Shown: positions 1-10,084 of the stretch, one piece after another
Position numbering within the stretch: the stretch's first letter is position 1
Layout: every line of letters begins with the position of its first letter
DNA from: a virus
IMG/VR virus record: IMGVR_UViG_3300045988_058524
Span: 85,118-149,117 of that record
Length of the DNA stretch: 64,000 bases
Strand: one strand, 5' to 3'
Notes under the pieces: generated by a model
Told to the model about the DNA's origin: nothing
Seen by the model: only the letters and a program-made list of their open reading frames with translations
Databases searched by the model: none
Translations under genes and position numbers: made by a program

Positions 1-100
1 TGCATCCTTAATGGAACAATATCTCCACAGATTAATACTAGCTCGCATGGTTGAATATCATCAATTAGAAATCCATGCAAGTCACTTAAAATACATATTT

Positions 101-397
101 TCATAATTTGTGCGCTAAACCATAAACATTCTTAGTCCATCCATTCATATGCCCCTTGTTATTACCAATAAGGCATCCTTTGTTAGAATCCACTGCGTAT
201 ACTTTGTGAGTGACACAGGAACCTCTAACCTTACAGAATACAACATCTCCAATATTACATTCTTGCCAAGTTATAGGCGTGACAAGATGTTTCTCATTAC
301 TCTTATACAGAGGTAGCATTGAATTTCCTGGTTCGCTTGTAACAAAAGACTCACCATTCTTCAACCTCTGTATTTTCTTCAGCGTGTTTGGGTTCAT
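101..397 (-). CDS. S24/S26-family peptidase-like small protein
   Basis: 98 aa. GNSMLP resembles the GDSMxP serine-nucleophile motif of LexA/UmuD/signal-peptidase folds. Motif-level inference only. Confidence 0.35.
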   Translation of the reverse strand: MNPNTLKKIQRLKNGESFVTSEPGNSMLPLYKSNEKHLVTPITWQECNIGDVVFCKVRGSCVTHKVYAVDSNKGCLIGNNKGHMNGWTKNVYGLAHKL

Positions 398-944
398 ATT
401 CTTTTAATCCTTTTTTAGTCATATTAGAAATAATAGTTATATATTTCTTTTCACCATCCTCTTCATAACTCCAAACATGGTTGTCGATAGCTTGGTTTAT
501 AGTCTTGTTATAATAGGAATAATCTAAGATAGCTTCCCAAGTAGCCATGCTCTTTGTAATACTATTCTTTTCTTCTTTAACTGCCCAGTTAAATATCCAT
601 AACAAATGCCAAGTTCTGAAAAACGTTATACAAATCATAGGGTCCCACTCGTGCCTAGGACTATCCCACTTATCTTTCCATCCAAGTGCGTGAAATCCTA
701 TATCAATTACTGGATTGTAGTAGTCTCTTCGAGCTGGAAGCCCAAACGTCCAAAACTTCTTTCTAAAGAGAAAGTGAGCCTTTGGACGTTTGAAATATTC
801 TCGAACTTCCCACCAGTGATACCAGGGATTCTTATACTCATTCCACCCTGGAGAGATAAATGGAATTTTACTATGAAAGAAATAGGAAACCCGATATCTC
901 AGGCTTCCATATTTTCTGCCAAATAAATATTCCTTAAAGTACAT
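351..944 (-). CDS. hypothetical protein (Trp/aromatic-rich)
   Basis: ORF track. Overlaps the downstream gene by 47 nt, so the true start may be an internal Met. Confidence 0.3.
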   Translation of the reverse strand: MYFKEYLFGRKYGSLRYRVSYFFHSKIPFISPGWNEYKNPWYHWWEVREYFKRPKAHFLFRKKFWTFGLPARRDYYNPVIDIGFHALGWKDKWDSPRHEWDPMICITFFRTWHLLWIFNWAVKEEKNSITKSMATWEAILDYSYYNKTINQAIDNHVWSYEEDGEKKYITIISNMTKKGLKEYEPKHAEENTEVEEW

Positions 945-1221
945 CTAATTCTGGATATCTTTCTATTATTCTACTAGTAAATTCTTCAAATATCTCATCT
1001 TCTGCATAGTCTGACAGCTCCTCTGAGTCTTTTATCAAACCTAACTTCTCAAGATAATAATTCATGTTATCTCCAAAGACACATTGCAGATCGAATAAGC
1101 TCATTTCCTCTCCATCAGCATCCTTCTTAGTATCTTCGACCACTAAATCAATAACCTGATCAATATCAAGAGATAACTTCTTTGTTACTACTGTTTCATA
1201 AGTTACTGTTATATTATGCAT
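934..1221 (-). CDS. hypothetical acidic protein
   Basis: ORF track; stop TAA; ATG at 1219-1221. Confidence 0.4.
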   Translation of the reverse strand: MHNITVTYETVVTKKLSLDIDQVIDLVVEDTKKDADGEEMSLFDLQCVFGDNMNYYLEKLGLIKDSEELSDYAEDEIFEEFTSRIIERYPELDVL

Positions 1222-1224
1222 AAT

Positions 1225-2592
1225 TTAATTTTCATCCTCAATATTAGACTCTCCCTTATCTAACTCCTTTCCTTCTTTATCCAGGAATTTAAAGCATTTC
1301 AATTTGAAAGCCTCTGATTTCATATTCTCTATTTTGATAACAATACCCTCATGAGGTACTTTATTATCGCAAGACGGAGAAGTACATTCCATATAGAACT
1401 GAGTATCATTTGCTAACTTCTCCATAAAGTTTTCGTTCCAATGTTCAGACTCATTAAGTTCTGGATATAGAGCTTTTGCAGTTCCATAATACCATTCTTC
1501 CACTGGGGTAAGCCCAACCTTGGCACACCATTGTTGAACTTCACGAGCAGAAAACTCGTGAACAACTCCATCAACATTAGTTATAGTTACTCGATAGATA
1601 CGAACCTTAAAGTGTTTCTCTGGAGTATATGCTTCTCCTTCTTTAGGAGGCATACATCCATAATCATAGTTCTTTTGGATATAACCACCATTCGGTAAGA
1701 ATCCTACTATCTCATAATATGCTGTCATGCCTTTAGACAAACAAGGCTTTACTATTTTATCAGCCTCTGCCCAAACATCACATCCGTAGAATCCTGGAGT
1801 AACATTTTTGTTATAGAACTGATTCTTAATTACAGTTCTAGAGGCATAGAGATAGTCATACTTATTAAACTCTTCTCCTGTCAACCATTTAGCAATCTTC
1901 TGTTTCCAATCTAGGTCTTGCTTACACAAAACATATGCTGAAATACCAGAAGTACCATGTATTTTCTCAGTAATACTAATTAAGTCATTAGGATGAATTA
2001 CATTAGGACATTTCTTAATAAGAGTTGTGTCGTAGTGAAATCTAAACTGTTCATCAATAACCTTGCTGATTCCTTTGACTTTCTTCGTTTGGTTGTTACG
2101 TGGAGTTCCTCCCTGCCCTTGTTGTCTCTTGGGAATGTACTTTTTGTTAATCCAAAATTCTTTGCCTTCATGTTCTACAATATCAAATTCAATACCTTCT
2201 TCAACTTCAATCTCCTTATTAGTCACAGACATTATATAGTTCTGAAACTGGACTACTGGAAGAATAAAACCTTCAGACAGCTCATTCTTTAATCTGATAG
2301 CTTTTACTCTACCATTATCCTCAAACATACCAGTTTGTTCTGGGTCATTGTTTAATTCTTTATGACGATAAAGATTACAATATCTCAGAAAATCTGGATT
2401 TATACAACAAGCTGTTGGAAAATATACATATAGTCCTGGCTGAGAATCAATCCCAGTAATGATATTGAAACCATCAATGGTACAACACTTAAGTCTAGTA
2501 ACTTCTGGATTACTATGCGCTCTGAAATTTTTAATGTCTACAATCTTCGCCAAATAATTTACATTGGCTCTTTTACTCTTAGATAACTTCAT
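1225..2592 (-). CDS. RNA ligase, Rnl2 family, with ~190-aa N-terminal extension
   Basis: KIHGTS matches the T4 Rnl2 motif I (KIHGTN). Downstream EGIVIK (motif IV) and KLKCFKF (motif V) complete the nucleotidyltransferase motif set. Confidence 0.55.
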   Translation of the reverse strand: MKLSKSKRANVNYLAKIVDIKNFRAHSNPEVTRLKCCTIDGFNIITGIDSQPGLYVYFPTACCINPDFLRYCNLYRHKELNNDPEQTGMFEDNGRVKAIRLKNELSEGFILPVVQFQNYIMSVTNKEIEVEEGIEFDIVEHEGKEFWINKKYIPKRQQGQGGTPRNNQTKKVKGISKVIDEQFRFHYDTTLIKKCPNVIHPNDLISITEKIHGTSGISAYVLCKQDLDWKQKIAKWLTGEEFNKYDYLYASRTVIKNQFYNKNVTPGFYGCDVWAEADKIVKPCLSKGMTAYYEIVGFLPNGGYIQKNYDYGCMPPKEGEAYTPEKHFKVRIYRVTITNVDGVVHEFSAREVQQWCAKVGLTPVEEWYYGTAKALYPELNESEHWNENFMEKLANDTQFYMECTSPSCDNKVPHEGIVIKIENMKSEAFKLKCFKFLDKEGKELDKGESNIEDEN

Positions 2593-2603
2593 TTATTCTC
2601 TAT

Positions 2604-2930
2604 TTAAAATGGTTCTTCTGTAGTTTCTATAAATTCACACATAAAGTTAGCATATACCTGAGCCTGTGTTTCGTTAAACTCATTATTAAAGTAAAATTGA
2701 AACACATGGAATAATTCGTGATAGAAGGTATTTCTTATCTGTTCGTCACTAAGAGAAACCGTTCCATCATATTCAGAATTAATAGTTCTAGCTAACTTAA
2801 TGGTATTAGTAGCATCACAGAAATAACCATAGTTATTGTTTGGAAGAGAATCTTCTATGACTACAGTTATTTCTTGATTAGCTACTTTAAATTTATCTGG
2901 AAGCTTTCCTCCCTTATTCAATTTCGTCAT
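2604..2930 (-). CDS. hypothetical small protein with HExxH motif
   Basis: YHELFH motif (HExxH); 108 aa. Confidence 0.3.
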   Translation of the reverse strand: MTKLNKGGKLPDKFKVANQEITVVIEDSLPNNNYGYFCDATNTIKLARTINSEYDGTVSLSDEQIRNTFYHELFHVFQFYFNNEFNETQAQVYANFMCEFIETTEEPF

Positions 2931-3408
2931 AGTAAGCTGAATATAGCTTATTTAAATAATTTACAAACTCCTCTTTGCTCTCAAATAAGTTATCTACGTC
3001 TGGAAGCTTTACCTTGTTGGCTATTCCATCATTATCATAGTACACAATGTCTATACCACTCACACTATGACACATCGTATCGCACATTCCAGCAAAGATT
3101 AGAATGTCATTTTCTGATAAGTAGTTACTCAACCAGGGAAAATCTTTATTATCGTCTACATGATGTCCATAATACCCACAATTCCAACTTTTTCCCTCTG
3201 AGAACTTACCAGAGTATTTGCTAACATAGGATAATACTAGTAAGAGAAGTTCATCTTCTTCAAAAGAACTCTTGTCAAATTCAATAGTATCTCTCATATA
3301 ATCCCCATCGTTTGCATCGCACTCCACATATACTATATACAATTCCCTATTATTCGGAATAATGGAGTATTTAGCTTTCTTCAAAATATCAAACTTTTCG
3401 TATTTCAT
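2914..3408 (-). CDS. hypothetical protein
   Basis: ORF track. Confidence 0.35.
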   Translation of the reverse strand: MKYEKFDILKKAKYSIIPNNRELYIVYVECDANDGDYMRDTIEFDKSSFEEDELLLLVLSYVSKYSGKFSEGKSWNCGYYGHHVDDNKDFPWLSNYLSENDILIFAGMCDTMCHSVSGIDIVYYDNDGIANKVKLPDVDNLFESKEEFVNYLNKLYSAYYDEIE

Positions 3409-3623
3409 CGCGTATCAAGTACAATAAAATTATCACACATTTTTATAACATTCACTCTTATTCCTCCCTTTAAAGCTCGCGTATCACACACTTCATACTT
3501 TTCTTCTAGGAGAGAGGCATCTTCTTTAGTAATCTTTACCCAATAGACACCATTTTTCTGTTTAGAACCATTCCATATCAGATGCTTTACTAGCCAGATA
3601 TAGCGCTTCTCTACATCATTCAT
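3405..3623 (-). CDS. hypothetical protein
   Basis: ORF track; stop TGA. Confidence 0.3.
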   Translation of the reverse strand: MNDVEKRYIWLVKHLIWNGSKQKNGVYWVKITKEDASLLEEKYEVCDTRALKGGIRVNVIKMCDNFIVLDTR

Positions 3624-4269
3624 TGTTAATAATAGATTTATAGATTTTCTCAGACTCCTTTAGGAACAACTCTGATATGTTTTCGTCAGTAGTAAATTCC
3701 TCCATAAAGATTCTTCCGAATTTTATATTGATAATATTCATAGAAGCCATAGCTTCTCCATAAACCCAATCCTTGAAACATACATTACTAGCTTCTATTC
3801 CAGTATATGTAAGTTTCCTGAGCATACATATAGAGCATATTTTCTTACACTCTTTTCCTATCTCTACTAATTCGGTTAATTCATCCGGACTGGCCTCTCC
3901 TATATCTCCAATCTTACTTAAATAGGCTGAGAATTTGGATTCTGACTCTTTGTCCTTGTAATACACAACAGAGTATACCCCACTAAATCGTGGGGCAGAT
4001 TCTATGTCTAGAACAGCTATTTCAGAATCAGTAATAAATACATCGTCTATGTAATTAAAATAGACATTTCCTAGAAGGGTAGAATCTTCAAACTCAGTTG
4101 GGCATAACATTGCATATGCCTTTGTCCAGGTTTCCTCTTCTATATCCTGAACCTTGTGAGACGTATTAATCATTCCTATTTCGTATAAACTACACTCATC
4201 TGGAACTTGTAATTCCATATCGGCATAGTTACCTCCATAGTAGTACTGTCTGTAGTTAATCTTTTTCAT
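3616..4269 (-). CDS. hypothetical protein
   Basis: ORF track. Confidence 0.35.
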   Translation of the reverse strand: MKKINYRQYYYGGNYADMELQVPDECSLYEIGMINTSHKVQDIEEETWTKAYAMLCPTEFEDSTLLGNVYFNYIDDVFITDSEIAVLDIESAPRFSGVYSVVYYKDKESESKFSAYLSKIGDIGEASPDELTELVEIGKECKKICSICMLRKLTYTGIEASNVCFKDWVYGEAMASMNIINIKFGRIFMEEFTTDENISELFLKESEKIYKSIINNE

Positions 4270-4358
4270 TTTTATGCCATAATATAATTATACTTCCTAT
4301 TAAAAACAATATAAGGTATATAGCGAAGGGAACCAATGAAGGATGTATCGCAAGTAGA

Positions 4359-5558
4359 TTATTCATAATCCCTTATACATTTTAACACTGGTTGTAGGGG
4401 AGTCCCTTCATCAGATAGATAGAAATACTTAACAGTAGCCATCTTTCCAATAAGCTCTTTAAGCCTTTCTCTATACTGCTGCTTAAGCTCTCTGGAACCC
4501 ATCGGCTTAGCCTTAAATTCTATACCATCTTCAGTTATTAACGTAAAACACATATCCTCTTCTCGAAGACCTTCTGATAAGCCAGTAATTTCAAACTCTG
4601 CATCTTTATAGAATTTAAATTTAAGCATATCATTAGTACGTTTCCCGAAGCCATACTCCTTATCAGGATTTCTACATACTACTCCTTCCCAACCTTCTGA
4701 TACATACTGGTCGTGGAGTTTCATTATGTTCTCATATTCAGAAACCTTTTCCTGTGGAACTAATTGCATTTGAAGTTCTCCTTCTTCCCATTCTCTATTT
4801 GGGTCAAATCCAAGATTAAGTTCCTTTTGCAACTGCTTAAGAATCTCTAATCTATCTGAGAACTTCATTCCAGGAATCATGATGTCGTAAACATAATATT
4901 CAAGCCAGTCACAGTCAACTGCGTTCTTCTCAAGACGAGCTGCTCCACTGATTTGTTGGAGGCTTTTACCATGTTTATACAACTCTCCATCAAGTATATA
5001 AGCGGGATGAGATTCGAAGAACTTAAGCAATTTCTCATTTCTTCTGATATGACCTGTTGAATAGTCATAATTTCCCCCTCCCCTAGAAGCAGATAAAATC
5101 TCACCATCCTTGTAGTAGAAGGAACACCTAACTCCATCAATTTTTCGGCTAGCGTACCAATACTTGACCTTATTGATTGAGGATTCTTTAACCTTATCTG
5201 CAGATTTTGCAAGCATATGCTTTGCAAATCCATTCTGGTCCGTCTTGATGTCTCCATAAAATTCCTCCAATTGCGTTTCACTGTAGGTTTCCGGATCATT
5301 TTCCATTTCCTTGTAACCTTTATCTAAATATTTCTTAAGCTCAGACTTAAACTGTAACTCAAGCTGCTCTCTATGCGTTCTACCAGCCTTACCCTTAGTA
5401 ATAACGATTTCTGGCTGTTCTGTCATCTTTCCATGTAGCTGTCCAGTAACTCTATTTATTACAAATCCAGCTTTTTCTTCATCCCACTCTTCAGTAGTAG
5501 ATAGGTATACAACTCTAAATTTACCAGTAGAGGCTTTGCTTAACAAATATTTAATCAT
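4359..5558 (-). CDS. ATP-dependent DNA ligase
   Basis: KIDGVRC (motif I KxDG), ILDGELY (motif III), EGVVCR (motif IV), KFKF (motif V). Confidence 0.6.
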   Translation of the reverse strand: MIKYLLSKASTGKFRVVYLSTTEEWDEEKAGFVINRVTGQLHGKMTEQPEIVITKGKAGRTHREQLELQFKSELKKYLDKGYKEMENDPETYSETQLEEFYGDIKTDQNGFAKHMLAKSADKVKESSINKVKYWYASRKIDGVRCSFYYKDGEILSASRGGGNYDYSTGHIRRNEKLLKFFESHPAYILDGELYKHGKSLQQISGAARLEKNAVDCDWLEYYVYDIMIPGMKFSDRLEILKQLQKELNLGFDPNREWEEGELQMQLVPQEKVSEYENIMKLHDQYVSEGWEGVVCRNPDKEYGFGKRTNDMLKFKFYKDAEFEITGLSEGLREEDMCFTLITEDGIEFKAKPMGSRELKQQYRERLKELIGKMATVKYFYLSDEGTPLQPVLKCIRDYE

Positions 5559-5998
5559 TCTTCACAAAATTTGATTGGATAGTATTTATTCAGGTCAGAA
5601 ATTATATCTCTAAAGTCTACATTCTCATTTATAGAATATTCTTCATCTACCTCACTAAGTAAATCTTTGCAAATGTCAATGACAGTTTCCCTAGATATTG
5701 AGTATGATTTATTTTCGTAGTTATATCCTAGAAATACAGTATCATAACAATAGTCCATGACTAGACCTTCATTATCTGAGATAAAGTCATCCCAATTACT
5801 TATAAGTTGTCCGAACAATGTGTCAACTATACTCCATTGAACTTCTTTAGTAATCGAGTCTTCGAGGTCCTCTGGGCATTCTGGAATGTTGTCCATAATT
5901 AAGCCTAACTCCCAATCAGAGTATGATTCCAAAGCTCTCTTAGTGTCCCCATAGCCGGGAAACAATCTCTCCATTATGTCTTCTCTTGTTTCTGTCAT
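5555..5998 (-). CDS. hypothetical acidic protein
   Basis: ORF track. Confidence 0.35.
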   Translation of the reverse strand: MTETREDIMERLFPGYGDTKRALESYSDWELGLIMDNIPECPEDLEDSITKEVQWSIVDTLFGQLISNWDDFISDNEGLVMDYCYDTVFLGYNYENKSYSISRETVIDICKDLLSEVDEEYSINENVDFRDIISDLNKYYPIKFCEE

Positions 5999-6300
5999 TT
6001 CTGATAGTCTTTAACAATATTCCATAAATCATCTATGGTATCTGTAGGAATTACATTCCCATTCTCATCATATGTTTGATTTGGATCTCCTCCGAATCCG
6101 GGTTTCTCAAACAACCACCAATTAATCCAGTCTACGCCCTCATCAGAGAAAAGTTCTGGGAGAACAACATCAAGGAAGTTCCAACCTAGTTCTGAAATAG
6201 GCAATTCAAACAAATCAATACCAAAGTCACTCCATCTATCCAGTTCCTTACTATAATTCAGAGCATTCTCAATCAGTTTAATAAATCCTTCTTTAGTCAT
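5995..6300 (-). CDS. hypothetical protein
   Basis: ORF track. Confidence 0.35.
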   Translation of the reverse strand: MTKEGFIKLIENALNYSKELDRWSDFGIDLFELPISELGWNFLDVVLPELFSDEGVDWINWWLFEKPGFGGDPNQTYDENGNVIPTDTIDDLWNIVKDYQK

Positions 6301-6305
6301 AACAA

Positions 6306-6629
6306 TTACCTTTTTATAATTTCCTTTTTAATATCTTCTTTCCAACCGCAATCACATTCCTCGGCTGCTGCAGTAAACGCTTTTTCTAAATTTCCACTTT
6401 CCATATATTCAGAGACCAATATGTCAGTATCAATATCATACCTTTCGATAATTTTCTCTGTGATTACTTTCAAAGCCATTCCTTCTAGCTCTTCATATAG
6501 AACGTTCTCCAGATTATCTGATAGTTCTTCCCACTCATCATTCATTTCGGAGATAGCTTTTCCACTATCCTCTTTCAACATCCTATCTTCTAGTTCTAGA
6601 ATACGTTCTCTTAATTCTTCTTTTGTCAT
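6306..6629 (-). CDS. hypothetical acidic protein
   Basis: ORF track. Confidence 0.35.
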   Translation of the reverse strand: MTKEELRERILELEDRMLKEDSGKAISEMNDEWEELSDNLENVLYEELEGMALKVITEKIIERYDIDTDILVSEYMESGNLEKAFTAAAEECDCGWKEDIKKEIIKR

Positions 6630-6874
6630 GGAACTTTCAATACATTTTTAATAACAATCTCCTTCTTCATCTTACCAAACTGCTTCTCTATTTCATCTGG
6701 AATATTCACTTTTATGTCCATCAACGATGTTAGGTATTTAACTTTATCCCTAACATCATCAATCAGAGCACCATTAGTTTTTATTCTCATTCCAATGTCT
6801 TCGATCCTTCTAGATAAGCATATAATTAGCAAGATATTACATAACCCTATTACTGCCAAAGCGTATACCATCAT
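6626..6874 (-). CDS. small membrane protein
   Basis: N-terminal hydrophobic helix. Confidence 0.3.
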   Translation of the reverse strand: MMVYALAVIGLCNILLIICLSRRIEDIGMRIKTNGALIDDVRDKVKYLTSLMDIKVNIPDEIEKQFGKMKKEIVIKNVLKVP

Positions 6875-7452
6875 ACTCCAGTATGTCCAAATCCACCTTC
6901 TCCTCTCTCAGTAGAGGGTAATTCTTCTACAGCCTCCCATTCTATAGTTTCATGCTTAGCAATAATCATTTGGGCTATCCTCTCTCCGTCCTTTATTCGC
7001 ACAGGATGATTAGAAGTATTAACTAGTACTATCCCTACCTCCCCTCTATAATCAGCGTCAATAGTTCCTGGAGAATTTAAAACTGTAAGCCCATGCTTCA
7101 AAGCAAGTCCGCTTCTAGGACGGATTTGTGCCTCATAACCCTTAGGTAGAGCTATAAATAACCCAGTAGGGATTAAACATCTACCTCCAGGTTTAATCTC
7201 AATAGTGGAGGCCGCTGGGATTGTAGCAACCTTCTTATCAGTTGGATTTCCCTCTTTGTCTAGGACAAATGGAGCATCTGGAGCCTCTATAAGACTTATA
7301 GCTACTACATCTGCATCAAAGAAGTTCTTTTCTGGTTTGCTGTCTACTAGTTTGATTCTACTAAAATCTCCACAGATATCCATACCTGCTGAAAGAGGAG
7401 TTTCATACTTAGGAAGTTGATGTCTGGATTTATTAATTATTGATACTTTCAT
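6871..7452 (-). CDS. dut: dUTP diphosphatase (trimeric dUTPase with insertion)
   Basis: All five dUTPase motifs: [39 protein letters not shown]. Confidence 0.75.
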   Translation of the reverse strand: MKVSIINKSRHQLPKYETPLSAGMDICGDFSRIKLVDSKPEKNFFDADVVAISLIEAPDAPFVLDKEGNPTDKKVATIPAASTIEIKPGGRCLIPTGLFIALPKGYEAQIRPRSGLALKHGLTVLNSPGTIDADYRGEVGIVLVNTSNHPVRIKDGERIAQMIIAKHETIEWEAVEELPSTERGEGGFGHTGV

Positions 7453-7987
7453 GGAGCAAAATAAATTCTTTTAAATAAAACTTAGCATCTATGATACACT
7501 TGGGAACTAGTCCCTCTAACTCTAAATCGTTTCTTATAGCATCCCTCACAATGGTAGCTGATATTCCTTCTTCTACCTGTTCTCTAGCCATAAGAGTCAT
7601 AGATATGTAATCCTTTAGCATGAACTTTGGAAACCATGTAGTAATGATTTCATATCCATCACTATAGTAGATATTAAAAGAGGATTCTTTTATAATACTA
7701 ACTATATTAGCATATAAATAGAATCCCCAATCCTGAGAGTTGTCTGACTCATCAGTTAAATCCTTAAGAGGATGTATCACACATTTATTAAGCAGACCTT
7801 CCTCTTCTAGTGCTGTCTCTAATAATCTCATTCTAATATTTATCGGAATGGGATTTCTAGCATTTATCTTATCAGCACTTCCAACCAGCAAAAGAACCTT
7901 ATCATTCTCTAAACAGGCTTTTCTAATTAAAGCTAGATGCCCATTATGAATGGGCTGAAATCTAGCTAAAATAACTCCGTATTTCAT
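7433..7987 (-). CDS. nucleotidyltransferase of the HxGH cytidylyltransferase fold, probable NMN adenylyltransferase
   Basis: [16 protein letters not shown] (HxGH). NMNAT assignment is inferred from the co-occurring Nampt gene. Confidence 0.45.
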   Translation of the reverse strand: MKYGVILARFQPIHNGHLALIRKACLENDKVLLLVGSADKINARNPIPINIRMRLLETALEEEGLLNKCVIHPLKDLTDESDNSQDWGFYLYANIVSIIKESSFNIYYSDGYEIITTWFPKFMLKDYISMTLMAREQVEEGISATIVRDAIRNDLELEGLVPKCIIDAKFYLKEFILLHESINN

Positions 7988-8295
7988 TTGGAATCTTTTT
8001 GTTTATTAGTTATCTCTGTAGTTTTAATTATCTCTCTAAAGTCTAATAACTTCCAGTTTTGTCTCTTATATTTCTTATGGTCTTGTGCAAAATCCTTTAA
8101 ATCAGATTTATTACAAAACAAAGCAAAAGCATAATCAACTATAATTTCAGAAATCTTTTCGTAGTTCTGCTCCTTATTTGTAGTCAAGTTGAGAATTACA
8201 TCATCAATTTCTAAATCTGGACAGTTGTATTTAGCTGGAATGTAGTTTTTGTCATTATAATAAACGCAAACAATATTTGTAAATTTTCTAATCAT
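7984..8295 (-). CDS. hypothetical protein
   Basis: ORF track. Confidence 0.3.
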   Translation of the reverse strand: MIRKFTNIVCVYYNDKNYIPAKYNCPDLEIDDVILNLTTNKEQNYEKISEIIVDYAFALFCNKSDLKDFAQDHKKYKRQNWKLLDFREIIKTTEITNKQKDSK

Positions 8296-8642
8296 ATTAA
8301 GCTAGTTAATTCTCTTAATTTAATAGGAGTAAATTCAAAGTTAAACCAATCTCCATCTGTAGTCTGAAACATATGAGAATCCCAATCTATTGTTGTAATC
8401 TTTGGAACTGTTTTTACAGGATTACAATTAATGATTACAGGAAGCCCCACCTTAAATGCTCCAGTAATACCATCATAGACCTTTCCGACACCAGATTTGT
8501 GCCAAACCTTTATTCTACCATGTTTAGAGTGAAGAAGGTCTTCTTCCTCACTAGTGAAATCTTTGAAGATGTTCTCCTCCAAACCCTTTATCAGAAGACA
8601 CTTTTTACTAAGAATATCAGATACGTCACTCTTTTCTACCAT
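8292..8642 (-). CDS. hypothetical protein
   Basis: ORF track. Confidence 0.3.
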   Translation of the reverse strand: MVEKSDVSDILSKKCLLIKGLEENIFKDFTSEEEDLLHSKHGRIKVWHKSGVGKVYDGITGAFKVGLPVIINCNPVKTVPKITTIDWDSHMFQTTDGDWFNFEFTPIKLRELTSLI

Positions 8643-8928
8643 ATACAGTATAATTATTTAATGTTTTAAGTATCTTATCTATAGTACAAGTATTAGCCTC
8701 ACTATAAAAAGCCATTACTGGTTCTGAATCATTATTGATGAGCACTGCAAAAGGAGTATGTCTAGCACTAAAGCCTCCTTTAATTTTAAAAGCCTTCTTT
8801 CTCTCCTTAAATAAACCTTCATGATAAGATTCTAATTCAATTAATGGATAGTTAGGAAGAATACTTTTCAGCTTGTCAACCAATATTTGACTGTCGTCGT
8901 CATACACTACTTTAAGAATCATTTCCAA
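8626..8928 (-). CDS. hypothetical protein
   Basis: ORF track. Confidence 0.3.
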   Translation of the reverse strand: MEMILKVVYDDDSQILVDKLKSILPNYPLIELESYHEGLFKERKKAFKIKGGFSARHTPFAVLINNDSEPVMAFYSEANTCTIDKILKTLNNYTVYGRKE

Positions 8929-9419
8929 AAACGCGATGTGATGTCTTTAGTTATGGGTTTTCCATAGCTATTATCTATTTGAAGCATTACTTGGTTAGTA
9001 GTTCTACTGCTGAGGGGACCTTTTTCTTCAATATATGGTCCAAGTTTTATATAATCAAAATTATTTAGATTAATACTCTTAGGTAGACTTTCTCTACCAC
9101 TATACCAAGCAACCTTTAAATCTGGATAGAAATCCTTAAGGTAACTAGCTAATACATTAACTAGTGTTGGGTCTGAATCTCCTCCCATCATAGAAACACA
9201 TGAAATACCAGGGGACTTTTCTATTAGTTCATCAATGTGAATTACAAAGTCGTCTGAGTATCCTTTTGGATATTCTATTAGGGGATTGCCAATATCCTCT
9301 GCCAAATATGAAGAATGACACCCCGGACAATGACATGGACAATTAGATATATTTATTGCTAAGGTAATCTCGTCTGGAATCTCCTGAAAAACTACCTTGG
9401 TGTCTACATACTTTAACAT
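8919..9419 (-). CDS. nrdG: anaerobic ribonucleotide reductase activating protein (radical SAM)
   Basis: CPCHCPGC = CxxxCxxC cluster; small size; adjacent to nrdD. Confidence 0.6.
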   Translation of the reverse strand: MLKYVDTKVVFQEIPDEITLAINISNCPCHCPGCHSSYLAEDIGNPLIEYPKGYSDDFVIHIDELIEKSPGISCVSMMGGDSDPTLVNVLASYLKDFYPDLKVAWYSGRESLPKSINLNNFDYIKLGPYIEEKGPLSSRTTNQVMLQIDNSYGKPITKDITSRFWK

Positions 9420-10084
9420 ATCTCTTCTATTTTTCTATTATCAGTGTCTAATAAGAAACACCTTCTTACGTCCAGACAAGCCCATTTATCAGTGATAATA
9501 GGCTCTGACTCTAGTTGAGTATGTCCAAAGATTTGATAGCAGGTATCTTCTCTGTCTCCTTCAGAGACATCACTCCATACCATACTTCCAGTATCTTGGT
9601 TTCCACCTCTTAGAAATGATACCTTCCATAAGAATGGAATTAACTCTCTAGTAGTTAAGGTAGTAAATCTTTCAATATCATATTCTGGAAGATATGTTCT
9701 CAACCAATCTCTGGTAATGCCAGCATGGGTGAATAAATAATTTCCTTCTCTAAAATAGAGTCTAAATAGCCCTATATTTGTACTAAATAAGTTTTTGATT
9801 TCAAACTCATTTTCGTAATCATATCTAGACGCACTTCCAAAATCGAAACAGTAAGCACAATCGTGATTTCCCAACAATAGTACAACCTTGTCAGGATTAT
9901 CGTTTTTGAACTTAATTATTTCCTCAAACTCTTTAATGGTATCGAGTCTAGAGATACATTCCCAAGGGTACGGATCTAGGTAGTCTCCTAAGAAGACTAC
10001 CTTATCCACACTGTTTATCATTTCTTTGGCTTTGTGCCAAAACTTCCTCCCATGAACATCTGGGACAATTAAAATTTTACTCAT
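9413..10084 (-). CDS. calcineurin-like metallophosphoesterase
   Basis: VPDVHG, LGDYLD and GNHD motifs. Confidence 0.6.
   Translation of the reverse strand: MSKILIVPDVHGRKFWHKAKEMINSVDKVVFLGDYLDPYPWECISRLDTIKEFEEIIKFKNDNPDKVVLLLGNHDCAYCFDFGSASRYDYENEFEIKNLFSTNIGLFRLYFREGNYLFTHAGITRDWLRTYLPEYDIERFTTLTTRELIPFLWKVSFLRGGNQDTGSMVWSDVSEGDREDTCYQIFGHTQLESEPIITDKWACLDVRRCFLLDTDNRKIEEIC

Noticed and set aside
210-407. Plus-strand ORFs in the track, including 210..407, 606..926, 1993..2292, 2874..3224, 8373..8669, 19058..19431, 38334..39029, 49480..50094, 53460..53930 and 54057..55485
   Set aside because: All lie antisense inside longer minus-strand genes with recognisable products. The plus strand carries no tRNAs or other signals. 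Treated as chance antisense ORFs.
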